Shown in pieces: positions 26,091 through 39,045 of a stretch of DNA of 64,000 nucleotides. Source of the DNA: the human T2T-CHM13v2.0 reference genome, Homo sapiens; the NCBI RefSeq assembly GCF_009914755.1, contig NC_060933.1; one strand, given 5' to 3'. How positions within the stretch are numbered: position 1 is the stretch's first letter; each line of letters starts with the position of its first letter. The notes below the pieces were generated by a model. The model made no database searches. It was not told the DNA's origin and saw nothing but the letters and a program-made list of their open reading frames with translations. The position numbers and the translations under genes are program-made.

Positions 26091-29000
26091 TTGAATCCAT
26101 TCCATTGCATTCCATTCCATTCGATTCCATTCGATTGCACTCGGGTTGATTCCATTCCATTGCATTCCATTCCATTCCATTCCATTCCATTCCGTTCCAT
26201 TCCATTCCATTTCATTCCATTCCATTCCCCTGCACTCGCGTTGATTCCATTCCATTCCATTCCATTCCATTCCATTCCATTCCATTCCATTCCATTCCAT
26301 TCCTTTCCATTCCAGTCTTTTCCATTCCATTCCTCTCGGGTTGATTCCATTCTATTAGTTTCCATTCCTTTCCATTCCCTTCCATTCCACTCTGGTTGAT
26401 TCCATTCCTTTCCATTCCACTCGAATACATTCCCTCCTATTCTACTCGGAACGATTCCATTCCATTCCATTCCATTCCATTCCATTCCATTCCATTCCAT
26501 TTCATTCCATTCCATTCTATTCCGTATCATTCCATTCCATTCCATTCCATCCCATTCCATTCCATTCCATTCCATTCCACTCGTGTTGATTCCATTCCTT
26601 TCCATTCCATTGGGTTTGAAGGCATTCCATTCCATTCAATTCCATTCCATTCCATTGTACTCGGGTTGATTCCATTCCATTGCATTGCATTGAATTCCTT
26701 TCCAATCCATTCCATTCCGTTGCATTCCATTCCATTACATTCGGATTGATTCTATTCAACTCCCTTACTCTCCATTACATTCCATTCCATTCGGGTTGTT
26801 CCATTCCATTCCATTCCATTCCACTCCATTCCATTGCACTCGGGTTGATTCCATTCCATTGCATTCCATTCCATTCCATTCCATTCCATTCCATTCCATT
26901 CCATTCCGTTCCATTGTACTCGGGTTGATTCCATTCCATTGCATTCCATTGCATTCCATTCCATTCCATTCCATTCCATTCCATTCCATTCCATTCCATT
27001 CCATTCCGTTCCATTGTACTCGGGTTGATTCCATTCCATTGCATTCCATTCCATTCCATTCCATTCCATTCCATTCCATTCTGTTCCATTGCATTACATT
27101 CGGATTGATTCTATTCAACTCCCTTACTCTCCATTACATTCCATTCCATTCGGGTTGTTCCATTCCATTCCATTCCATTCCACTCCATTCCATTGTGCTC
27201 GGGTTGATTCCATTCCATTCCATTCCATTCCATTCCATTCCATTCCATTCCATTCCGGATGATTCCATTCCATTGCATTCCGTTCCGTTACGTTCCCCTG
27301 CACTCGGATTGATTCCATTCCATTCCATTCCATTCGATTCCATTCCATTCCAATTCTTTCCATTCCATTCTATTCCGTACCATTCCATTCCATTCCATAC
27401 AATTCCATTCCATTCCATTCCACTCTGTTCCGTTCCGTTCCGTTCTCTTCCGTTCCATTCCATTCCATTCCATTCTATTCGGTTTAATTCCATTCCATTC
27501 CATTCCATTCCATTCTATTCCATTCCATTGCAATCGAGTTGAATCCGTTGCATTCCATTCCATTCCATTCCATTCCATTCCATTCCATTCCACTCCGGAA
27601 AATTCCATTCCATTGCATTCCATTCCATTCCATTCTATTCCATTGTACTCGGGTTGATTCCATTCCATTTCATTCCATTCCATTCCATTCCATTCCATTC
27701 CATTCCATTCCGTTCCTTTCTATTCCATTACATTCGGATTGATTCTTTTCAACTCCCTTACTCTCCATTACATTCCATTCCATTCGGGTTGTTCCATTCC
27801 ATTCCATTCCATTCCACTCCATTCCATTGCACTCCGGTTGATTCCATTCCATTCCATTCCATTCCATTCCATTCCATTCCATTCCATTCTGGAAGATTCC
27901 ATTCCATTGCATTCCATTCCATTCCATTCCCCTGCACTCGCGTTGATTCCATTCCATTCCATTCTATTCCATTCCATTCCCTTCCTTTCCGTTCCATTCC
28001 ATTCCATTCCATTCCATTCCATTCCATTCCGTTCCGTTCCATTCCATTCCATTCCATTCTATTCGGGTTAATTCCATTCCATTCCATTCGATTGCAATCG
28101 AGTTGATTCCGTTCCATTCCATTCCATTCCATTCCATTCCATTCCATTCCTTTCCATTCCATTACGGATGATTCCATTCCATTGCATTCCATTCCATTCC
28201 ATTCCATTCCCCTGTACTCGGGTTGATTCCATTCCATTCCATTCCAATCCATGCCATTCCACTGGTGTTGATTCCATTCTTTCCATTCCATTCAAGTTGA
28301 ATCCTTTCCATTGCATTCCATTCCATTCGATTCCATTCGATTGCACTCGGGTTGATTCAATTCCATTGCATTCCATTCCATTCAATTCCATTCCATTCCA
28401 TTCCGTTCCATTCCATTTCATTACATTCAGATTGATTCTATTCAATTCCCTTACACTCCATTATATTCCAATCCATTCTGGTTGTCTCCATTCCATTCCA
28501 TTCCATTTCACTCCATTCCATTGCACTCAGGTTGATTCCATTCCATTCCATTCCATTGCATTCCATTCCATTCCATTCCGTTGCATTCCATTCCATTACA
28601 TTCGGATTGATTCTATTCAACTCCCTTACTCTCCATTACATTCCATTCCATTCGGGTTGTTCCATTCCATTCCATTCCATTCCATTCCACTCCATTCCAT
28701 TGCACTCGGGTTGATTCCATTCCATTCCATTCCATTCCATTCCGGATGATTCCATTCCATTGCATTCCGTTCCATTACATTTCCCTGCACTCGGGTTGAT
28801 TCCATTCCATTCCTTTCCATTCCATTCGATTCCATTCCATTCCCCTGCACTCGCGTTGATTCCATTCCATTCCATTCCATTCCATTCCATTCCATTCCAT
28901 TCCATTCTATTCCTTTCCGTTCCATTCCATTCCATTACATTCCATTCCGTTCCATTCCATTCCATTGCATTCCATTCTATTCGGGTTAATTCCATTCCAT

Positions 29001-32000
29001 TCCATTCGATTGCAATCGAGTTGATTCCTTTCCATTCCATTCCATTCCATTCGATTCCAGTCCTTTCCATTCCTTTCCATTGCATTACTGATGATTCCAT
29101 TCCATTGCATTCCATTCCATTCCATTCCCCTGTACTCGGGTTGATTCCGTTCCATTCCATTCCAATCCATGCCATTCCACTCGTGTTGATTCCATTCTTT
29201 CCTTTCCATTGAAGTTGAATCCATTCCATTGCATTCCATTCCATTCGATTCCATTCGATTGCACTCGGGTTGATTCCATTCCATTGCATTCCATTCCATT
29301 CCATTCCATTCCATTCCATTCCATTCCGTTCCATTCCATTTCATTACATTCAGATTGATTCTATTCAATTCCCTTACACTCCATTATATTCCAATCCATT
29401 CTGGTTGTTTCCATTCCATTCCATTCCATTTCACTCCATTCCATTGCACTCGGGTTGATTCCATTCCATTCCATTCCATTGCATTCCATTCCATTCCATT
29501 GCATTCCATTCCATTCCATTCCGGATGATTCCATTCCATTGCATTCCATTCCATTCCATTCCCCTGCACTCGTGTTGATTCCATTCCATTCCATTCCATT
29601 ACATTCCGTTCCATTCCATTCCATTCCGTTCGGATTGATTCTATTCAATTCCCTTACACTCCATTATATTCCATTCCATTCGGGTAGTTTACATTCCATT
29701 CCATTCCATTCCTCTCCATTCCATTGCACTCGGGTTGATTCCATTCCATTCCATTCCATTCCATTCCATTCCATTACATTACATTACATTCCGATCCATT
29801 GTACTCGGGTTGATTCCATTCCATTGCATTCCATTCCATTCCATTCCATTACATTACATTACATTACATTCCGTTCCATTGTACTCGGGTTGATTCCATT
29901 CCATTGCATTCCATTCCATTCCATTCCATTCCATTCAATTCCGTTCCATTCCATTACATTCGGATTGATTCTATTCAACTCCCTTACTCTCCATTACATT
30001 CCATTCCATTCGGGTTGTTCCATTCCATTCCATTCCATTCCACTCCATTCCATTGCACTCGGGTTTATTCCATTCCATTCCATTCCATTCCATTCCATTC
30101 CGGATGATTCCATTCCACTGCATTCCGTTCCATTACATTCCCTTGCACTCGGGTTGATTCCATTCCATTCCATTCCATTCCATTCCATTCGATTCCATTC
30201 CATTCCAATTCTTTCCATTCCATTCTATTCCGTACCATGCCATTCCATTCCATACAATTCCATTCCATTCCATTCCAATCCGTTCCGTTCCGTTCCGTTC
30301 CATTCCATTCCATTCCATTCTATTCGGGTTAATTCCATTCCATTCCATTCGATTGCAATCGAGTTGATTCCATTCCATTCCATTCCATTCCATTCCATTC
30401 CATTCCATTCCTTTCCATTCCATTACGGATGATTCCATTCCATTGCATTCCATTGCATTCCATTCCCCTGTACTCGGGTTGATTCCATTCCATTCCATTC
30501 CAATCCATGCCATTCCACTCGTGTTGATTCCATTCTTTCCATTCCATTCAATTGAAACCATTCCATTCCCTTCCATTCCATTCCATTCCCCTGCAGTCGG
30601 GTTGATTCCATTCCATTCCATTCCATTCCATTCCATTCCATTCCATTCCGTTCCATTCCATTCCATTCCATTCCATTCTATTCGGGTTAATTCCATTCCA
30701 TTCCATTCCATTCCATTCCAATAGAGTTGATTCCATTCCATTCCATTCCACTCCATTCCAGTCCTTTCCATTCCATTCCACTCGGGTTGATTCCAATGTA
30801 TTCATTTCCATTCCATTCCATTCCATTGCAATCGAGTTGATTCCATTGCTTTGCATTCCATTCCATTCCATTCCATTCCGGATGATTCCATTCCATTGCA
30901 TTCCATTCCATTCCATTCCCCTGCACTCGGGTTGATTCCATTCCATTCTACTACATTCCGTTCCATTCCATTCCATTCCATTGTATTCGGGTTAATTCCA
31001 TTCCATTCCATTCCATTGCATTCCATTCCATTCCATTACAATCGAGTTGATTCCATTCCATTCCATTCCATTCCAGTCCTTTCCATTCCATTCCACTCGG
31101 GTTGATTCCATTCTATTAGTTTCCATTCCATTCCATTCCCTTCCATTCCACTCTGGTTGATACCATTCCTTCCCATTCCACTCGAATACATTCCCTCCTA
31201 TTCCACTCGGAACGATTCCATTCCATTCCATTCCATTCCATTCCATACCATTTCATTTCGTTCCATTCCATTCTATTCCGTATCTTTCCATTCCATTCCA
31301 TTCCATTTCATTCCATTCCATTCCATTCCATTCCATTGTACTCGGGTTGATTCCATTCCATTGCATTCCATTCCATTCCATTCCATTCCGTTGCATTCCA
31401 TTCCATTACATTCGGATTGATTCTATTGAACTCCCTTACTCTCCATTACATTCCATTCCATTCGGGTTGTTCCATTCCATTCCATTCCATTCCACTCCAT
31501 TCCATTGCACTCGGGTTGATTCCATTCCATTCCATTCCATTCCATTCCATTCCATTCCATTCCGGATGATTCCATTCCATTGCATTCCGTTCCATTACAT
31601 TCCCCTGCACTCGCGTTGATTCCATTCCATTCCATTCCATTCCATTCAATTCCATTCCATTACAATTCGTTCCATTCCATTCTATTCCGTACCATTCCAT
31701 TCCATTCCATACCATTCGATTCCATTCCATTCCATTCCATTCCGTTCCATTCCGTTCCATTCCATTCCATTCCATTCTATTCGGATTAATTCCATTCCAT
31801 TCCATTCCATTCCATTCTATTCCATTCCATTGCAATCGAGTTGAATCCATTGCATTTCATTCCATTACATTCCATTCCATTCCATTCCGGAAGATTCCAT
31901 TCCATTGCATTCCATTCCATTCCATTCAATTCCATTCCTTTCCATTCCATTCCATTACATTCGGATTGATTCTATTCAACTCCCTTACTCTCCATTACAT

Positions 32001-33250
32001 TCCATTCCATTCGGGTTGTTCCATTCCATTCCATTCCATTCCACTCCATTCCGTTGCACTCGGGTTGATTCCATTCCATTCCATTCCATTCCATTCCGGA
32101 AGATTCCATTCCATTGCATTCCATTCCATTCCATTCCCCTGCACTCGCGTTGATTCCATTCCATTCCATTCTATTCCATTCCATTCCCTTCATTTCCGTT
32201 CCATTCCATTCCATTCCATTCCATTGCATTCCATTCCGTTCCGTTCCATTCCATTCCATTCCATTCTATTCGGGTTAATTCCATTCCATTCCATTCGATT
32301 GCAATCGAGTTGATTCCATTCCATTCCATTCCATTCCAATCCATTCCATTCCTTTCCATTCCATTACGGATGATTCCATTCCATTGCATTCCATTCCATT
32401 CCATTCCCCTATACTCGGGTTGATTCCATTCCATTCCATTCCAATCCATGCCATTCCACTCCTGTTGATTCCATTCTTTCCATTCCATTCAAGTTGAATC
32501 CATTCCATTGCATTCCATTCCATTCGATTCCATTCGATTGCACTCGGGTTGATTCCATTCCATTGCATTCCATTCCATTCCATTAGATTCCATTCCATTC
32601 CGTTCCATTCCATTTCATTACATTCCGATTGTTTCTATTCAATTCCCTTACACTCCATTATATTCCAATCCATTCTGGTTGTCTCCATTCCATTCCATTC
32701 CATTTCACTCCATTCCATTGCACTCGGGTTGATTCCATTCCATTCCATTCCATTGCTTTCCATTCCATTCCATTCCGGATGATTCCATTCCATTGCATTC
32801 CATTCCATTCCATTCCCCTGCACTCGGGTTGATTCCATTCCATTCCATTACATTACATTCCTTTCCATTCCATTCCATTCCATTCGGATTGATTCTATTC
32901 AATTCCCTTACACTCCATTCCATTCCATTCCATTCGGGTAGTTTCCATTCAATTCAATTCCATTCCTCTCCATTCCATTGCACTCGGGTTGATTCCATTC
33001 CATTGCATTCCATTCCATTCCGTTTCATTACATTCCATTCAATTCCGTTCCATTGTACTCGGGTTGATTCCATTCCATTGCATTCCATTCCATTCCATTC
33101 CATTCCATTCCATTCCATTCCGTTCCATTCCATTACATTCGGATTGATTCTATTGAACTCCCTTACTCTCCATTACATTCCATTCCATTCGGGTTGTTCC
33201 ATTCCATTCCATTCCATTCCACTCCATTCCATTGCGCTCGGGTTGATTCC

Positions 33251-33990
33251 ATTCCATTCCATTCCATTCCATTCCATTCCATTCCATTCCGGATGATTCC
33301 ATTCCATTGCATTTCGTTCCATTACATTCCCCTGCACTCGGGTTGATTCCATTCCATTCCATTCCATTCCATTCGATACCATTCCATTCCAATTCTTTCC
33401 ATTCCATTCTATTCCGTACCATTCCATTCCATTCCATACAATGCCATTCCATTCCATTCCACTCCGTTCCGTTCCGTTCCGTTCTGTTCCGTTCCATTCC
33501 ATTCCATTCCATTCTATTCGGTTTAATTCCATTCCATTCCATTCCATTCCATTCCATTGTATTCCATTCCATTGCAATCGAGTTGAATCCATTGCATTCC
33601 ATTCCATTCCATTCCATTCCATTCCATTCCATTCCATTCCGGATGATTCCATTCCATTGCATTTCGTTCCATTACATTCCCCTGCACTCGGGTTGATTCC
33701 ATTCCATTCCATTCCATTCCATTCGATACCATTCCATTCCAATTCTTTCCATTCCATTCTATTCCGTACCATTCCATTCCATTCCATACAATGCCATTCC
33801 ATTCCATTCCACTCCGTTCCGTTCCGTTCCGTTCTGTTCCGTTCCATTCCATTCCATTCCATTCTATTCGGTTTAATTCCATTCCATTCCATTCCATTCC
33901 ATTCCATTGTATTCCATTCCATTGCAATCGAGTTGAATCCATTGCATTCCATTCCATTCCATTCCATTCCATTCCATTCCATTCCATTCC
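33251..33990 (+). repeat. Essentially perfect 350-bp tandem duplication
   Basis: GGATGATTCC...ATTTCGTTCC starts at 33291 and 33641. The rare variants ATTCGATACC, ATACAATGCC, GTTCTGTTCC and ATTGTATTCC each recur exactly 350 bp apart. ORFs 33441 and 33791 start identically. Confidence 0.93.
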
Positions 33991-34169
33991 ATTCCGGAAG
34001 ATTCCATTCCATTGCATTCCATTCCATTCCATTCCATTCCATTCCATTCCATTCCATTCCCTTCCATTCCATTGTACTCAGGTGGATTCCATTCCATTGC
34101 ATTCCATTCCATTCCATTCCATTCCATTCCATTCCATTCCATTCCGTTCCATTCCATTCCATTCCATTC

Positions 34170-37100
34170 GGATTGATTCTTTTCAACTCCCTTACTCTCC
34201 ATTACATTCCATTCCATTCGGGTTCTTCCATTCCATTCCATTCCATTCCACTCCATTCCATTGCACTCGGGTTGATTCCATTCCATTCCATTCCACTCCA
34301 TTCCATTCCGGATGATTCAATTCCATTGCATTCCGTTCCATTACATTCCCCTGCACTCGGGTTGATTCCATTCCATTCCTTTCCATTCCATTCGATTCCA
34401 TTCCATTCCCCTGCAGTCGGGTTGATTCCATTCCATTCCATTCCATTCCATTCCATTCCATTCCATTCCATTCCTTTCCGTTCCATTCCATTCCATTCCA
34501 TTCCGTTCCGTTCCGTTCCATTCCATTCCATTCCATTCCATTCCATTCGGGTTAATTCCATTCCATTCCATTCGATTGCAATCGAGTTGATTCCATTCCC
34601 TTCCATTCCATTCCATTCCAGTCCTTTCCATTCCTTTCCATTCCATTACTGATGATTCCATTCCATTGCATTCCATTCCATTCCATTCCCCTGTACTCGG
34701 GTTGATCCCATTCCATTCCATTCCAATCCATGCTATTCCACTCGTGTTGATTCCATTCTTTCCTTTCCATTCAAGTTGAATCCATTCCATTGCATTCCAC
34801 TGCATTCGATTCCATTCGATTGCACTCGGGTTGATTCCATTCCATTGCATTCCATTCCATTGCATTCCATTCCATTCCATTCCGTTCCATTCCATTTCAT
34901 GACATTCAGATTGATTCTTTTCAGTTCCCTTACACTCCATTATATTCCAATCCATTCTGGTTGTTTCCATTCCATTCCATTCCATTTCACTCCATTCCAT
35001 TGCACTCGGGTTGATTCCATTCCATTCCATTCCATTGCATTCCATTCCATTCCATTCCGGATGATTCCATTCCATTGCATTCCATTCCATTCCATTCCCC
35101 TGCACTCGGGTTCATTCCATTCCATTCCATTCCATTACATTCCGTACCATTCCATTCCATTCCATTCGGATTGATTCTATTCAATTCCCTTACACTCCAT
35201 TACATTCCATTCAATTCGGGTAGTTTCCATTCCATTCCATTCCATTCCTCTCCATTCCTTTGCACTCGGGTTGATTCCATTCCATTCCATTCCATTCCAT
35301 TCCATTACATTACATTCCATTCCATTCCGTTCCATTGTACTCAAGTTGATTCCTTTCCATTGCATTCCATTCCATTCCATTCCATTCCATTCCATTCCAT
35401 TCCGTTCCATTCCTTTACATTCGGATTGATTCTATTCAACTCCCTTACTCTCCATTACATTCCATTCCATTCGGGTTGTTCCATTCCTTTCCATTGCATT
35501 CCATTCCACTCCATTCCATTGCACTCGGGTTGATTCCATTCCATTCCATTCCATTCCATTCCATTCCATTCCATTCCGGATGATTCCATTCCATTGAATT
35601 CCGTTCCATTACATTCCCCTGCACTCGGGTTGATTCCATTCCATTCCATTCCATTCCATTCCATTCCATTCCAATTCTTTCCATTCCATTCTATTCCGTA
35701 CCATGCCATTCCATTCCATACAATTCCATTCCATTCCATTCCACTCCGTTCCGTTCCGTTCCGTTCCGTTCCGTTCCATTCCATTCCATTCCATTCTATT
35801 CGGGTTAATTCCATTCCATTCCATTCGATTGCAATCGAGTAGATTCCATTCCACTCCATTCCATTCCATTCCATTCCATTCCATTCCTTTCCATTGCACT
35901 ACGGATGATTCCATTCCATTGCATTCCATTCCATTCCATTCCCCTGTACTCGGGTTGATTCCATTCCATTCCATTCCAATCCATGCCATTCCACTCGTGT
36001 TGATTCCATTCTTTCCATTCCATTCAAGTTGAATCCATTCCATTGCCTTCCATTCCATTCCATTCCCCTGCAGTCGGGTTGATTCCATTCCATTCCATTC
36101 CATTCCTTTCCATTCCATTCCGTTCCGTTCCATTCCATTCCATTGTATTCGGGTTAATTCCATTCCATTCCATTCCATTCCATTCCATTCCATTCCATTC
36201 CAATCGAGTTGATTCCATTCCATTCCATTCCATTCCATTTCACTCCATTCCAGTCCTTTCCATTCCATTCCACTCGGGTTGATTCCAATGTATTCCTTTC
36301 CATTCCATTCCATTCCATTGCAATCGAGTTGATTCCATTGCTTTGCATTCCATTCCATTCCATTCCATTCCTGATGATTCCATTCCATTGCATTCCATTC
36401 CATTCCATTCCCCTGCACTCGGGTTGATTCCATTCCATTCCACTCCATTCCGTTCCATTCCATTCCATTCCATTGTATTCGGGTTAATTCCATTCCATTC
36501 CATTCCATTCCATTCCATTCCATTCCATTACAATCGAGTTGATTCCATTCCATTCCATTCCATTCCAGTCCTTTCCATTCCATACCACTCGGGTTGATTC
36601 CATTCTATTAGTTTCCATTCCATTCCATTCCCTTCCATTCCACTCTGGTTGATTCCATTCCTTTCCATTCCACTCGAAAACATTTCCTCCTATTCCACTC
36701 GGAACTATTCCATTCCATTCCATTCCATTCCATTCCATTCCATTCCATTCCATTTCGTTCCATTCCATTCTATTCCGTATCATTCCATTCCATTCCATTC
36801 CATTCCATTCCATTCCATTAAATTCCATTCCATTCCATTCCATTAAATTCCATTACATTCCATTCCATTCCATTGTACTCGGGTTGATTCCATTCCATTG
36901 CATTCCATTCCATTCAATTCCATTCCATTCCGTTGCATTCCATTCCATTACATTCGGATTGATTCTATTCAACTCCCTTACTCTTCATTACATTCCATTC
37001 CATTCTGGTTGTTCCATTCCATTCCATTCCATTCCGCTCCATTCCATTGCACTCGGGTTGATTCCATTCCATTCCATTCCAATCCATGCCATTCCACTCG

Positions 37101-39045
37101 TGTTGATTCCATTCTTTCCTTTCCATTCAAGTTGAATCCATTCCATTGCATTCCATTGCATTCGATTCCATTCGATTGCACTCGGGTTGATTCCATTCCA
37201 TTGCATTCCATTGCATTCCATTCCATTCCATTCCATTCCGTTCCATTCCATTTCATTACATTCAGATTGATTCTTTTCAGTTCCCTTACACTCCATTATA
37301 TTCCAATCCATTCTGGTTGTTTCCATTCCATTCCATTCCATTTCACTCCATTCCATTGCACTCGGGTTGATTCCATTCCATTCCATTCCATTGCATTCCA
37401 TTCCATTCCATTGCATTCCATTCCATTCCATTCCGGATGATTCCATTCCATTGCATTCCATTGCATTCCATTCCCCTGCACTCGGGTTGATTCCATTCCA
37501 TTCCATTACATTACATTCCGTTCCATTCCATTCCATTCCATTCGGATTGATTCTATTCAATTCCCTTACACTCCATTACATTCCATTCAATTCGGGTAGT
37601 TTCCATTCCATTCCATTCCATTCCTCTCCATTCCTTTGCACTCGGGTTGATTCCATTCCATTCCATTCCATTCCATTCCATTCCATTACATTACATTCCA
37701 TTCCATTCCGTTCCATTGTACTCAAGTTGATTCCATTCCATTGCATTCCATTCCATTCCATTCCATTCCATACCATTCCGTTCCATTCCATTACATTCGG
37801 ATTGATTGTATTCAACTCCCTTACTCTCTATTACATTCCATTCCATTCGGGTTGTTCCATTCCATTCCATTCCATTCCACTCCATTCCATTGCACTCGGG
37901 TTGATTCCATTCCATTCCATTCCATTCCATTCCATTCCGGATGATTCCATTCCATTGAATTCCGTTCCATTACATTCCATTCCATTCGGATTGATTCTTT
38001 TCAACTCCCTTACTCTCCATTACATTCCATTCCATTCGTGTTCTTCCATTCCATTCCATTCCATTCCACTCCATTCCATTGCACTCGGGTTGATTCCATT
38101 CCATTCCATTCCATTCCATTCCATTCCGGATGATTCAATTCCATTGCATTCCGTTCCATTACATTCCCCTGCACTCGGGTTGATTCCATTCCATTCCTTT
38201 CCATTCCATTCGATTCCATTCCATTCCCCTGCAGTCGGGTTGATTCCATTCCATTCCATTCCATTCCATTCCATTCCTTTCCGTTCCATTCCATTCCATT
38301 CCATTCCGTTCTGTTCCGTTCCATTCCATTCCATTCCATTCCATTCCATTCGGGTTAATTCCATTCCATTCCATTCGATTGCAATCGAGTTGATTCCATT
38401 CCACTCAATTGCATTCCATTCCATTCCATTCCATTCCTTTCCATTCCATTACGGATGATTCCATTCCATTGCATTCCATTCCATTCCATTCCCCTGTACT
38501 CGGGTTGATTCCATTCCATTCCATTCCAATCCATGCCATTCCACTCGTGTTGATTCCATTCTTTCCATTCCATTCAAGTTGAATCCATTCCATTGCCTTC
38601 CATTGCATTCCATTCCCCTGCAGTCGGGTTGATTCCATTCCATTCCATTTCATTCCATTCCATTCCATTCCGTTCCGTTCCATTCCATTCCATTCTATTC
38701 GGGTTACTTCCATTCCATTCCATTCCATTCCATTCCATTCCATTCCATTCCATTCCAATCGAGTTGATTCCATTCCATTCCATTCAATTCCATTCAACTC
38801 CATTCCAGTCCTTTCCATTCCATTCCACTCGGGTTGATTCCAATGTATTCCTTTCCATTCCATTCCATTCCATTGCAATCGAGTTGATTGCATTGCTTTG
38901 CATTCCATTCCATTCCATTCCATTCCGGATGATTCCATTCCATTGCATTCCATTCCATTCCATTCCACTGCACTCGGGTTGATTCCATTCCATTCCACTC
39001 CATTCCGTTCCATTCCATTCCATTCCATTGTATTCGGGTTAATTC
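34170..39045 (+). repeat. Duplicated blocks in permuted order (A-B-C at 34170-36490; B-A-C at 37110-39045)
   Basis: A marker GATGATTCAATTCC at ~34311/~38130. B markers TTCTTTTCAGTTCCC, TCAATTCGGGTAG, GTACTCAAGTTG and ATTGAATTCCG at 34.9-35.6 kb / 37.3-38.0 kb. C marker CATTGCCTTCC at 36041/38591. Confidence 0.7.
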
